Positions 1 to 9,415 of a DNA stretch of 64,000 nucleotides are shown piece after piece. The notes beneath the pieces were generated by a model that saw only the letters and a program-made list of their open reading frames with translations, was not told the origin of the DNA and did no database searches. Numbering within the stretch: the first letter of the stretch is position 1; every line of letters starts with the position of its first letter. Made by a program: the position numbers and the translations under genes. Origin of the DNA: an uncultured delta proteobacterium (lineage in GTDB: Bacteria > Desulfobacterota > Binatia > Binatales > Binataceae); the NCBI GenBank assembly GCA_963749215.1, contig CAVVMA010000015.1, forward strand, positions 277,915 through 341,914. Reading direction: 5' to 3'.

Positions 1-1491
1 AAAGCCCAGCGTCAGTGTGTTTGGATCGAATATGGACTGCGCGATCGCGGCATCCACACCGCGCGCGGCCAGTTCCGTCCCCAGGCGCTCACGTACGTAG
101 CGCACCAGTTCAAGGCGATTGGTTGCGCGAAGCTCCCACAGGTCGGCATCCGAAACACGGCATATATCACTTCCGACGGTTTCCATGGTGCCGCGCCAGC
201 GCTCTCGACCGCAGGCTTCAGTCCATAACCTGTCGGCGGCGGCCGAGTCCCAACTCGAAGTGTGTACGCCGTTGGTGACATAGCCGATGGGAACCTCGGC
301 TTGCGGCCAGCGCGGAAACAGGCATTGGAATATGCGGCGGCTCACCGTGCCATGCAGGCGACTGACTCCGTTGACCGCTCCGCAACCACGAACAGCCAGA
401 TAGGCCATGCTGAACGGTTCGTGCGGATCGTCCGGATGCTCGCGGCCCAGTGCGAGCAGATGCGAAAGATCGATCTTGAGTAGCTGCTGTGCGTATTGCG
501 TAAGATACGCCCCCATGAGGCTCGGAGCGAACCGATCGAAGCCCGCCGCAACCGGGGTGTGAGTGGTAAACAGGTTGCCGACGCGCGTTGCGCTGAGCGC
601 GACTTCGAATGGCCGCGCGTTTTCCTCCATGAAGCTTCGGGCGCGTTCGAGCACGACGAACGCCGCATGCCCCTCGTTGAGATGGCAGACTTCGGGTTTG
701 ATTCCGAGACCGCGAAGCAGGCGCCAGCCGCCGATCCCGAGCACCAGCTCCTGTGCCAGACGCAACTCGGGGCCGCCGCCGTAGAGTTCACTGGTGATAC
801 CACGATAGGCTGGCTCGTTCGCGGGGTCGTTGCTGTCGAGCAGATAGAGTTTCAGCCGGCCGACCTGTACCTGCCAGGCGCGCAGCCAGAGTTTGTGGCC
901 CGGCAAGTTGATGCTGAGGCGTAGCCATTCGCCGTCACTGTCGCGCACGGGGCTTACGGGAAGTTGTCCAGGATCGTTGTACGGATTCAATGCCCGCTGG
1001 GCGCCGTCCCGGTCGATGATTTGGCGGAAGTACCCCTGCTGATAAAGAAGTCCCACCCCGACGACCGGGACTGCCAAGTCGCTGGCAGCCTTCAGATAGT
1101 CGCCCGCCACATTACCCAGTCCGCCAGAGTAGATTGGGAGCGCCTCGCTCAGCGCGAACTCCATGCTGAAGTATGCGACGCAGCTGAGCGGGGAGTAGGG
1201 GTAAGCATGCTGGAACCATGCCGGACGTTTCAAATACTCGCGCTGACTGCTCGCGATTTCGCGGACTTGTGCGCGGAATTCGGGATCAGCGCCGAGCGCT
1301 TCGATCCTTGTTCGTGATGCAGTCTGCAGAACCAGCCAAGGGTTGTGAGTGAGTGACCAAAGCTCCGGGTCGATCCTGCTCCACAGTGAATGGGTCGAAC
1401 AGTCCCAGCAGTTGCGGAGGTCCAGCGCCAGCTCCGCCAGCGGCTCGGGAGGCTGCGCGGAAGGCCGAATGACATGACTTCGATTCGACAC
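1..1491 (-). CDS. glgP: Alpha-glucan (glycogen/starch) phosphorylase, 5' part; runs off the window start
   Basis: Not in the ORF track (no stop in window). Manual translation from GTG 1491 gives LAELALDLR..W, VAYFSMEFALSEALPIYSGGLGNVAGDYLKAASDL, LYGGGPELRLAQE, CHLNEGH and FTTHTPV, all GlgP signatures. GAGAGGGA RBS upstream. Confidence 0.93.
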   Translation of the reverse strand, partial: MSNRSHVIRPSAQPPEPLAELALDLRNCWDCSTHSLWSRIDPELWSLTHNPWLVLQTASRTRIEALGADPEFRAQVREIASSQREYLKRPAWFQHAYPYSPLSCVAYFSMEFALSEALPIYSGGLGNVAGDYLKAASDLAVPVVGVGLLYQQGYFRQIIDRDGAQRALNPYNDPGQLPVSPVRDSDGEWLRLSINLPGHKLWLRAWQVQVGRLKLYLLDSNDPANEPAYRGITSELYGGGPELRLAQELVLGIGGWRLLRGLGIKPEVCHLNEGHAAFVVLERARSFMEENARPFEVALSATRVGNLFTTHTPVAAGFDRFAPSLMGAYLTQYAQQLLKIDLSHLLALGREHPDDPHEPFSMAYLAVRGCGAVNGVSRLHGTVSRRIFQCLFPRWPQAEVPIGYVTNGVHTSSWDSAAADRLWTEACGRERWRGTMETVGSDICRVSDADLWELRATNRLELVRYVRERLGTELAARGVDAAIAQSIFDPNTLTLGF

Positions 1492-1567
1492 GGTTCCCTC
1501 TCGCCATCAAACCCTTAGAACGGGGCGCGCCACGAGTGGTGCGGGTAGCGGGTTTCCCTTGGCGATT

Positions 1568-2095
1568 TCAGGCGCGACGGCGTATTCCGAAGAGCGCCTT
1601 CTGAATCGTCGGGAAGAGCTTGTGCTCCTCGTCGTCGATCGCGTCGTCCAGATAGACGGCGAGTCCGCTCAACGCGCGTCCGGCGTCGCGCGCCTGCGCT
1701 TCAGTGAGATGATCCGCTCCGGTGTCAGCGACTGCGCCGATGAGCGTTCGAAGTCTGTCGTGGCATTCGCGGACCTTTCGTCCGACCTCCGGCGAGAGAT
1801 GGCCTTGCTGTTCCAACCACGGCAGTAGCCGGCCGTCCTCGGTTTCGAGGTGATGCGAGAGGATTGGCTGGATCAACCCCCAAATCCGGGCAGCATCGCG
1901 CCTGAGCTCGCGGGATTCCGGATTGCGCGTGAGCCGCAGCCCCGCCAGGGCCGCATCGAGCAGGCACGACCTCAGTTGGGAATCTTCGCGATTGAGTTCC
2001 TCCGAGAGACGACGGATTCCCGTGTCGATGCGACTCGGGCTTTTGGCGGCCGATTCTTTCGCGTTCATCGCAGACCTCATCTTCACTTGACGCAT
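1568..2095 (-). CDS. Hemerythrin-like domain protein (ligand set partly degenerate)
   Basis: HHLETED..LLP, HDRL and DEEHKLFP helical-bundle motifs; some canonical His positions are missing. Confidence 0.7.
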   Translation of the reverse strand: MRQVKMRSAMNAKESAAKSPSRIDTGIRRLSEELNREDSQLRSCLLDAALAGLRLTRNPESRELRRDAARIWGLIQPILSHHLETEDGRLLPWLEQQGHLSPEVGRKVRECHDRLRTLIGAVADTGADHLTEAQARDAGRALSGLAVYLDDAIDDEEHKLFPTIQKALFGIRRRA

Positions 2096-2098
2096 CGG

Positions 2099-2542
2099 TT
2101 ATCCTTTCACTTGTTGTACCTGAAGAAATGATTGCAGCACACGCCCAAATCGCTCGAGCGCCAGCGGCTTCGAAACATAGTAGTGAGCGCCGTTCGTGCG
2201 CGCCCGTTTTTCGTTGCCATCGCTTTGGCTGCCGGCGATATAGAGCAAAGAGGCGCCGGAAAAGTGTTTGCGAATCTGCGCCAGCAGCCAGTTGCGATCG
2301 TTTTCTTCGACCGCTTGATCGTCGAGTATCACCAGCCGCACATTTGGCTGGGCGAACATCTTGTAGCTCATGTATCCGTCGGCGTCGTGGCGAAGCAGCT
2401 TCCAGGGACGCTTGACGATTCCGAATACGAGGTCCGCCACCACGTCGTCATCAGAGAGGAGCAGCACAGTGGGCGACAGGCGTACTTCCTCCAAATTGGC
2501 ATTTACTTTGATTGATCGCCGTGTTGGCCGCGTGGTACTCAC
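2099..2542 (-). CDS. Stand-alone response regulator receiver protein
   Basis: LLSDDD, VILDD (acceptor Asp) and GAHYYVSKPL receiver motifs; no output domain. Confidence 0.75.
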   Translation of the reverse strand: MSTTRPTRRSIKVNANLEEVRLSPTVLLLSDDDVVADLVFGIVKRPWKLLRHDADGYMSYKMFAQPNVRLVILDDQAVEENDRNWLLAQIRKHFSGASLLYIAGSQSDGNEKRARTNGAHYYVSKPLALERFGRVLQSFLQVQQVKG

Positions 2543-2568
2543 GTTAGCTCTTCATTCGGTAGCGACGA

Positions 2569-2585
2569 AGCAGCAATTATGCCAA
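2569..2585 (-). promoter_or_regulatory. Sigma54 (-24/-12) promoter motif for the receiver-hemerythrin-glgP unit
   Basis: Minus strand TTGGCATAATTGCTGCT, GG-N10-GC spacing, 27 nt upstream of the GTG at 2542. Confidence 0.65.
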
Positions 2586-2762
2586 GGTTCAGCTTGCTCT
2601 CGACGCGATCTTCTCCTAAAGAAGGTCCAGGCGCTGCGGTCCCCAGTTGTGGTGTGTCCGTAGGCGTCATCGCAGTGTTTGGCTGGTGCTTTAGGCCACA
2701 GTTGTGCGAGGCTTCTTGACTCCTCTGATCTCGGGCTTTCTGCGGTCTTGACGCTACCGCGG

Positions 2763-2778
2763 TGGCACGGGTGATGCT
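2763..2778 (+). promoter_or_regulatory. Sigma54 (-24/-12) promoter motif
   Basis: TGGCACGGGTGATGCT, GG-N10-GC, divergent from the 2569-2585 motif. Confidence 0.55.
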
Positions 2779-2835
2779 GACTCCCGCTGCGTGATTTGAG
2801 CGACCGCGAGCAGAGAAAGCGCGCTCGCCACGCAG

Positions 2836-3225
2836 ATGCCACCATTCCCGCAGTCAGTTGATGCCATCGACCCGATGCAGGATCGGTGGGGCGCGCTCGG
2901 GGCCGGCGTTCTCCTGGGGTTGGTGTGGGCGGCTTGGCATATCGTACCGTTGGTGCAGGCTCACCGATCGACGGCATGGATCGCCTGGTGGTGTCTCTCC
3001 ACGGTGGCAATGCGGGTCCTGATGGTTTGGCTGTACAACAACACTGGCAAGAGCGTATTCGCCACGGTGCTGTTCCACACCATGTCAAACCTCAGTTGGC
3101 AACTGTTTCCGATCCACGGTTCGTACTACGATCCACGTGTCACCGGCCTTATCGAGGCGACCGCGGCCGCAATCGTCACAATCGTATGGGGGCCACGAAC
3201 GTTAGCTCGATACCGGAATGCCTGA
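2836..3225 (+). pseudogene. C-terminal half of a CPBP/Abi (CAAX-type) intramembrane protease
   Basis: WAAWH, WLYNNTGKS and FHTMSN motifs present; the N-terminal EExxxR motif is absent. Confidence 0.65.
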
Positions 3226-4116
3226 CCGGACCGGCCGCGCTACATCAGCTTCTCGAGTGAGCGACCGCGCAAACAACTCGGCAGTCGCGATCCGGTTGGT
3301 GAAATGAGGAATCGTGTCGCATGACACGATTCGGCGGCATCCCGCTCTGCGTACCCGCGGGATCGCGCCTGCCTCGAACAGAGCGTGGACCACTACCACG
3401 TCCACCACGGGGATTTTCATACGGCGAAGCGTGCGCACGCATGCGGCGAGAGTAGCTCCGCTGCTCGCGATATCGTCGACAATGATCGCGCCACGGGCCT
3501 TCGGCTTGCGGATGAAGCGTATCGAGACCTCGCGATCGCCCGAACGCCGCTTTGCGCCGACCATCGCGGCCAAGCCCGTGCGGGCCGAAACGCCTTCAAC
3601 GAGGTGCGCCGATTCAGCATCCGGGCCGACTATCACAAAGTCGCGATAGCGCGTGACCCCAACCCATCGCGCGATAGCGGGCGCCGCCGAGAGCGCGTCG
3701 GCCTGGCCTGGGAACACGGTTGAGAGGTCCGGTGTGCGATGTAGATGCGGCTCGAGTGTGACCAGGCGATCGAAACTATGGCGGAGGACCTCGCCGATCG
3801 CGCGCTGCGATATCGGTTCGCCCACCCGGAAAAGCCTGTCCTGCCGCATATACGGCATGTACGGAGTAACGAGCGTAACATGTTTGGCGCCCGCCCGGCG
3901 AAGTGCATCCGCCGCCAGGATCACCTCGATCAGCTTGGCGTTCGGATCGTGCAGCGAGCGGACGACCCCGGCTTCTCGTCCCGAAGGCTTCGCGATGCGA
4001 GGCAGCGACTCGCCATCGGGAAATCGATGCAACTCGATCGGCGAGAAGTCGGCACCTGCCAAATGGGCGATCTCACGTCCAAGCCGCTCGCTGTCGGCGA
4101 ATGCGTGAATCTTCAA
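3202..4116 (-). CDS. prs: Ribose-phosphate pyrophosphokinase family protein
   Basis: RFPDGES, PYMPYMRQD, VGPDAES and the PRPP-binding IIVDDIASSGATL motif. Confidence 0.88.
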   Translation of the reverse strand: MKIHAFADSERLGREIAHLAGADFSPIELHRFPDGESLPRIAKPSGREAGVVRSLHDPNAKLIEVILAADALRRAGAKHVTLVTPYMPYMRQDRLFRVGEPISQRAIGEVLRHSFDRLVTLEPHLHRTPDLSTVFPGQADALSAAPAIARWVGVTRYRDFVIVGPDAESAHLVEGVSARTGLAAMVGAKRRSGDREVSIRFIRKPKARGAIIVDDIASSGATLAACVRTLRRMKIPVVDVVVVHALFEAGAIPRVRRAGCRRIVSCDTIPHFTNRIATAELFARSLTREADVARPVRSGIPVSS

Positions 4117-4131
4117 GCCCGACTCTCCATC

Positions 4132-4704
4132 CTATCGGCGGTTTCCGCGCACCGCGGATTTCGCGGCGTGTCCCGGATATTGCCATGTTGCGAACAGGCT
4201 CCCATCGTCGTCCGACCATGAGTACGTAGCCTTGCCGCCGAAGGCCTTCTGAAGCTCGTGGGCGATTCGATGGGCCAGCTTCTGTGACGTGGTAAGCACT
4301 TCCATCGTGGCGCCGTCCCACTCCTGGGAAACGATTCTCCGCTCGGGCTGGGTCGCGGCGGCCCGCTTTGCCACGTTGCGGATTCGAGCGCGAATTCTCT
4401 CGACATCTGCCGGGATTCCGGCCCCGCGAAGCAGCAACCGGCCGTAGTATTCTGCGTGCGACGCCTGCGCGCATCCGGGGCAGGTAGACCATTTGGCTCG
4501 GGCCATCAACACGTGGCTCAGGTTGCGTCCCTGCCGCCAGGTCTTGCGCGAATATGCGGCGCCGCATCGATCGCAAATCGTGGGGTCAAAGAGCGCGGGC
4601 GCTTTACGCGCGACGGGCGGACTCTTGTCCGACTTCGAGCCGCGACGGTCCAGGCTTCTGATCAGTCCTTTTATGGTTGACGAGCGTTTACTCTCCGCAG
4701 TCAT
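4132..4704 (-). CDS. BCAM0308-family (NMD3-like, Zn-binding) protein
   Basis: PTICDRCGA..W, CPGC, TTSQKLAHRIAHELQKAFGG and C-terminal W pattern. Confidence 0.8.
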   Translation of the reverse strand: MTAESKRSSTIKGLIRSLDRRGSKSDKSPPVARKAPALFDPTICDRCGAAYSRKTWRQGRNLSHVLMARAKWSTCPGCAQASHAEYYGRLLLRGAGIPADVERIRARIRNVAKRAAATQPERRIVSQEWDGATMEVLTTSQKLAHRIAHELQKAFGGKATYSWSDDDGSLFATWQYPGHAAKSAVRGNRR

Positions 4705-4773
4705 TGCCTTACCTCTTCGGCGTTACCTCTTGGTGATTCGGGCTACGGTCCATCAAGATCAGTCAGCTCCATA

Positions 4774-4790
4774 GGCGAGATCTATGCCAT
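4774..4790 (-). promoter_or_regulatory. Sigma54 (-24/-12) promoter motif for BCAM0308-prs
   Basis: Minus strand ATGGCATAGATCTCGCC, GG-N10-GC. Confidence 0.55.
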
Positions 4791-4975
4791 CATGCGGGCG
4801 CTGTCCGCGCGGATCGATGAAATGATAGCGGACCATTTTTGGTCCACATAGAAAGATTCGCTTTTCGCTTATGGATTATGTAGCAATCGGAACCAATTGA
4901 TTCCGATCGAGTCGTTTCACGCCTCGCGCGCGATCTCGAAAACTGCCGTATGGCTGCGATTTCACGTTCGCGAGC

Positions 4976-4992
4976 TTGGCACGGTGCCTGCA
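4976..4992 (+). promoter_or_regulatory. Sigma54 (-24/-12) promoter motif for the oxidase operon
   Basis: TTGGCACGGTGCCTGCA, GG-N10-GC, about 40 nt upstream of the coxB GTG. Confidence 0.7.
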
Positions 4993-5031
4993 CAGCAGTG
5001 CACGCCCAATTTGGGAGGTAAGGAAGTAGAA

Positions 5032-5745
5032 GTGATAACGGGATGGTTTCCGCAGAACGTGTCTACGTTCGGCGGAGATATTGACTGGGTTTTCCGTCTG
5101 ATCCTTTACGTCGTCGGAGCATGGTTCATTCTTGCCGAAGGGACGCTGCTTTATTTCGTGCTGCGCTATCGGCGCAAGAGTGGTCGATCCGCGTCCTTCA
5201 ATAACGGCGAAACGTGGCGTGAGTTGGCCTGGATTTTGATTCCGGCGCTCACCGTCCTGGTTCTCGATCTCGGCATCGATGTAACAGGCGGCGCGGCTTG
5301 GGACAAGGTCAAAGGAGGGCCGCCGCCTGCCACTGTCGAGATCCAAGTCAAGGCGAAGCAGTTCAATTGGGAATTCACCTACGCTGGTCCGGACGGCAAA
5401 TTCGGCACTGCCGACGACATTACGCAGGAAAATGAGCTGCACGTTCCCGTCGGCCAGGTCGTGCGGTTGACGCTCACCTCAGAGGACGTGATTCACAGCT
5501 TCTTCGTGCCCAACCTGCGCCTGAAGCAGGATGTCGTACCCGGCAGAACGATACCCGCGTGGTTCGAGGCCACCAAGTCCGGCAGCTATCCGATCGCGTG
5601 CACCGAGTTGTGTGGTTTCGGCCATTACTCAATGGCCGGCACGTTAGTCGTGCAGAGCGCGCACGACTATGCGCAGTGGCTAAAGGAACGTTCCCCTCAA
5701 TCGACGGCCAGCGCCGATACCGATCGCGCGCGAAAGGCGAATTGA
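5032..5745 (+). CDS. coxB: Cytochrome c oxidase subunit II
   Basis: Two TM helices; CuA ligands DVIHSFFVP and CTELCGFGHYSM; GTG start after GGAGG/AAGGA. Confidence 0.93.
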   Translation: MITGWFPQNVSTFGGDIDWVFRLILYVVGAWFILAEGTLLYFVLRYRRKSGRSASFNNGETWRELAWILIPALTVLVLDLGIDVTGGAAWDKVKGGPPPATVEIQVKAKQFNWEFTYAGPDGKFGTADDITQENELHVPVGQVVRLTLTSEDVIHSFFVPNLRLKQDVVPGRTIPAWFEATKSGSYPIACTELCGFGHYSMAGTLVVQSAHDYAQWLKERSPQSTASADTDRARKAN

Positions 5746-5747
5746 TT

Positions 5748-7481
5748 GTGGCAGCGCAAGTTGGGGCTCAGGGCATTGCCGGATCGCAGATCGAGCCGCA
5801 TCACGAATTGGGATTCCTGCGGCGCTACATTTTCTCCGTCGATCACAAAACGATCGCGAAGCAGTATCTGTCGCTCAGCCTGTTGATGGCGATTGTCGGA
5901 GGCTTGACGGCGTACCTGATCCGATGGCAGCTCGCGTGGCCGGAGACCTCAGTCGCCGGATGGGGCTACGTCGAGCCTGACGCGTACAACGCCATCGTCA
6001 CGATGCACGGCACGATCATGGTGTTCTTCGTCGCGATGCCGATGCTGTTGGGGGCGTTTGGCAACTTCCTGATTCCACTGATGATCGGCGCGCGCGACAT
6101 GGCCTTCCCGCGCCTCAATGCGCTTTCGTTCTGGACGCTGTTCACAGCGTCGATGGTCCTGCTGGCGTCGTTCTTCGTTCCCGGGGGGCCGGCCGCCGCT
6201 GGATGGACCAGCTACGCGCCGCTGTCCGATAACCCGATTTATACCGGCGTCAACTGGGGCATCAATCTCTGGATCATCGCGGTGGCGCTCGAGTTCGCGT
6301 CCTTCCTGATGGGTGGCGTGAACTTTCTGACTACCGCGCTCAACATGCGCGCGCGCGGCATGACGTTGTGGCGGATGCCGCTGATGGTCTGGATGGAACT
6401 GATCGCGTCGGTCGTGTTCCTGCTTTCGGTGGGACCGCTTGTGGCAGGCGCGGTAATGCTGCTGCTTGACCGCACGATCGGGACCGGATTCTTCGCGCCC
6501 GATCGCGGCGGCGATCCGCTGCTATGGCAGCATCTGTTCTGGTTCTTCGGTCATCCCGAAGTCTACGTCGTCGCACTGCCGGGATTCGGCATCATGATGG
6601 AAGTGATGCCGGTCTTCTCCCGCAAGCCGATCTTCGGCTATCGCACGATAGTCAATTCGGTAATTGCCGCGGGCCTGCTGAGCTTCATCGTGTGGGCGCA
6701 TCACATGTTCGTCAGCGGGATGGATCCGCGGCTCGCCACGCCGTTCAGCATCACGACGATACTCATCTCGGTGCCGTTCGCAATCATGGTATTCGGGATG
6801 ATCGCAACGTTGTGGCGCGGCTCGATCAGTCTCAAGACTCCGATGCTGTTCGCCGTGGGCGGTCTGGCGAGTTTCATTTTGGGCGGCGTAACCGGGATTT
6901 TCCTCGGCTCGGCAGCCGTCGATATCTACTTGCACGGAACTTACTTCGTGGTGGCGCACTTCCATTACACACTTTTCCCGACCGTCTTCTTCGGCGGGTT
7001 TGCCGGCCTGTACTATTGGTACCCCAAAATGTTCGGCCGGATGATGAACGAGACCCTCGGCAAGATCCACTTCGCACTGACTTTCGTATGCTTCAACGCG
7101 GTCTTCATTCCGCTGTTCGTCACCGGTCTGGCCGGCACTCCGCGAAGAATCTACGAAACGACGGCGTACGACTTCCTCAAGCCGGTACAGCCGTTGCACG
7201 TGGTCGCGACTATCGCGACGATTCTGCTGCTCTTGGGCCAGCTTCCATTTGTCGCTAACTTCGTCGTGTCGATGTTCCGGGGCGAGCGGGCGCCGCAAAA
7301 TCCATGGCAAGCCAACACGCTGGAGTGGCAGACCGATTCGCCGCCGCCGCACGGCAACTTCAGAACTACGCCGGTGGTGTTCCGCGGCCCTTATAACTAC
7401 ACCGTGCCCAAGGCGGCGCGGGATTGGGCGCCGCAGAGCGAGCCCGATCGTGCGACCGAGCTCGCGGCGGCCGGAGTCTGA
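5748..7481 (+). CDS. coxA: Heme-copper oxidase subunit I (A1-type GHPEVY, K-channel altered)
   Basis: TMHG, WFFGHPEVY, WAHHM, VAHFHY and PRR motifs; D-channel SVDHK and Asn residues retained. Confidence 0.95.
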   Translation: MAAQVGAQGIAGSQIEPHHELGFLRRYIFSVDHKTIAKQYLSLSLLMAIVGGLTAYLIRWQLAWPETSVAGWGYVEPDAYNAIVTMHGTIMVFFVAMPMLLGAFGNFLIPLMIGARDMAFPRLNALSFWTLFTASMVLLASFFVPGGPAAAGWTSYAPLSDNPIYTGVNWGINLWIIAVALEFASFLMGGVNFLTTALNMRARGMTLWRMPLMVWMELIASVVFLLSVGPLVAGAVMLLLDRTIGTGFFAPDRGGDPLLWQHLFWFFGHPEVYVVALPGFGIMMEVMPVFSRKPIFGYRTIVNSVIAAGLLSFIVWAHHMFVSGMDPRLATPFSITTILISVPFAIMVFGMIATLWRGSISLKTPMLFAVGGLASFILGGVTGIFLGSAAVDIYLHGTYFVVAHFHYTLFPTVFFGGFAGLYYWYPKMFGRMMNETLGKIHFALTFVCFNAVFIPLFVTGLAGTPRRIYETTAYDFLKPVQPLHVVATIATILLLLGQLPFVANFVVSMFRGERAPQNPWQANTLEWQTDSPPPHGNFRTTPVVFRGPYNYTVPKAARDWAPQSEPDRATELAAAGV

Positions 7482-8119
7482 TGATGGCATCGATCGAGCT
7501 TTCGGCAAATCCCGAAGCGGGCTTAGCCTCGGCATACGATCCGCAGTCTGGCGCGTCCGATCGGCTGCTGAGGGGGATGCCGATTGGAAAGATCGCGATC
7601 TGGTGGTTCCTCGCCTCGGAGATCATGATCTTCGGCGGGCTGATTGCATGCTACGTACTGATGCGAATCGCGCACGGCGGATGGGAGGCCGAGGCCGCCC
7701 ACGTCAAATGGCAACTCGGCGCTATCAATACACTGGTGCTGGTGACCAGCAGTCTCACGATGATCCTGGCTCACTACAGCGTCGAGCGCGACGACCGGGG
7801 CGCAGTGAGTAAATACCTTGGCATCACCGTAATACTCGGTCTGGCATTTCTGGGTATCAAAACGTTCGAATACTGGTCCGATCTGAAGGAAGGCTTCACG
7901 CCGCTGTCCGGCATGTTCTGGTCCTTCTACTACATGATGACCGGGCTACATGCCATCCATGTGACCGCCGGGATCGTAATCAATGCCTGGTTGTTCGCGA
8001 TGGCTCGCCGGGGCACGCTCTGGCCACGCCTCCAGCAGCGAGTCGAGTTCGCGGGTCTCTATTGGCATTTCGTGGACGTGGTATGGATTTTCCTGTTTCC
8101 GCTCCTCTATCTGACCTAA
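7481..8119 (+). CDS. Cytochrome c oxidase subunit III family
   Basis: WFLASEIMIFGG, TGLHAIHV, GLYWHFVDVVWIFLFPLLY; ATG overlaps the coxA stop. Confidence 0.92.
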   Translation: MMASIELSANPEAGLASAYDPQSGASDRLLRGMPIGKIAIWWFLASEIMIFGGLIACYVLMRIAHGGWEAEAAHVKWQLGAINTLVLVTSSLTMILAHYSVERDDRGAVSKYLGITVILGLAFLGIKTFEYWSDLKEGFTPLSGMFWSFYYMMTGLHAIHVTAGIVINAWLFAMARRGTLWPRLQQRVEFAGLYWHFVDVVWIFLFPLLYLT

Positions 8120-8148
8120 GGCGGGTGGCATACCGAGGCAGCCGGCAA

Positions 8149-8430
8149 ATGGAAAGTGTCGAACAAGGACGCGCTGAGTATGTCAGAGTATGGTTCTGGC
8201 TGGTAGCGCTGTTGGCCGCGGGACTTGTGGTGATGGCGTTGCCGGTTCCGAAGCTCGCGGCGTTGACGCTCATTTTCAGCATCGCGACGATCAAAGCCGG
8301 GCTGGTGATCCGGAACTACATGCACCTCAAGTACGAAAATCTGTTCGTCATCGCGCTCGCGCTCGTGCCCGTGCTTTTATTCATCGGTCTTGCAATTGCG
8401 CTCATACCCGACATCGCCATGCATCACTGA
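8149..8430 (+). CDS. Cytochrome c oxidase subunit IV family
   Basis: Three TM helices, KAGLVIRNYMHLKYE motif. Confidence 0.85.
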   Translation: MESVEQGRAEYVRVWFWLVALLAAGLVVMALPVPKLAALTLIFSIATIKAGLVIRNYMHLKYENLFVIALALVPVLLFIGLAIALIPDIAMHH

Positions 8431-9025
8431 GCCGCTGGCCGGCGCGGCGGCGGGAGCCGCTGGCGCGGCCGGCCAGGCGCTTCCAAACGCTCTGATCGCC
8501 GTGCTTATTCTGATCGGCGCGGAAGTGATGTTCTTCGCCGGTCTGATCATGGCGTTCATGATTCTCCGGGCCGGAAGCTTTTCCTGGCCGCCACCGGGCC
8601 AGCCGCGGCTGCCGATTGCGATCACCGGCATCAATACCTTGGTTCTCCTCGCGAGTGGCTGGGCAGTCTATCGCGCGGTCAAATCGACGAAGCAACGACG
8701 TTTGGAAAATGCCCCGCGGTGGATCGGCACGGCGATTCTGCTCGGCCTCACGTTCCTTACGATCCAGAGCGTGGAATGGATTCGGCTGCTCGCGTTCGGC
8801 TTGCGCGCGTCGAGAAGCCTCTATGGCGCCACGTTTTACACTGCGATCGGCGCCCATGCTGTTCATGTAGCCGGCGGATTGATCGCCCTCGCCTTTGTAT
8901 TCTACAAGAGCGTGAGCCGAGGCTTCGACGCGAAAACTCATAGCCTGCTGGAAGCGTGCGCGTTCTTCTGGCTCTTCGTCGTCGCGGTATGGCCGGTGCT
9001 CTATGTATTCCTTTATCTCACGTAG
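8390..9025 (+). CDS. Second subunit III-like protein (start uncertain)
   Basis: EVMFFAGL, WPPPGQPRLP, NTLVLLAS, GAHAVHV, FWLFVVAVWP. Confidence 0.85.
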   Translation: MQLRSYPTSPCITEPLAGAAAGAAGAAGQALPNALIAVLILIGAEVMFFAGLIMAFMILRAGSFSWPPPGQPRLPIAITGINTLVLLASGWAVYRAVKSTKQRRLENAPRWIGTAILLGLTFLTIQSVEWIRLLAFGLRASRSLYGATFYTAIGAHAVHVAGGLIALAFVFYKSVSRGFDAKTHSLLEACAFFWLFVVAVWPVLYVFLYLT

Positions 9026-9263
9026 CGCGATCGCAACCGCTGTGACTGCGATCGCGATGTTCCCCGCGACCGCGCTCGCGTGCTCAGCCTGCCTGGCTTC
9101 GTCGCAGGCGGGAGTACTTAGAGCATTCTACTTGAGTGCGGGTGTTTTGACCGTCCTGCCGTTCATCATTATCGGCGCGATCATTTTCTCAATCACGCGA
9201 ATCAGCAGACGGGGTACTACTCATTCACGCGATGGCTCGCCAAGTCACTCACGCAGACGCTAG
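9003..9263 (+). CDS. Small membrane protein with signal peptide, CxxC and a TM helix at the end of the cox operon
   Basis: ALACSAC after a signal-like segment, then one hydrophobic helix; overlaps the upstream gene. Confidence 0.6.
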   Translation: MYSFISRSAIATAVTAIAMFPATALACSACLASSQAGVLRAFYLSAGVLTVLPFIIIGAIIFSITRISRRGTTHSRDGSPSHSRRR

Positions 9264-9415
9264 TGGTGCTCGGCATCCGGACCGCAGCCAACCCATCGAG
9301 CAACCTCGCCGCGCCGGAACGTTCGTGGCCACCGTTGCCTGGGCTGGCCTGCGAGGTTTCCAGGGCGGTAGCATGCAAAGCGCGGGCACCACGATGAGCA
9401 AGGTGAAAGTTCCCT

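Noticed and set aside
496-1317. Plus-strand ORFs 496-924 and 964-1317
   Set aside because: Antisense shadows of glgP, which occupies the minus strand.
9364-9375. GGCGGTAGCATG, matching the RfaH ops consensus upstream of the CoA-transferase
   Set aside because: A single short GC-rich match is plausible by chance; there is no JUMPstart context and no intact RfaH in the window.
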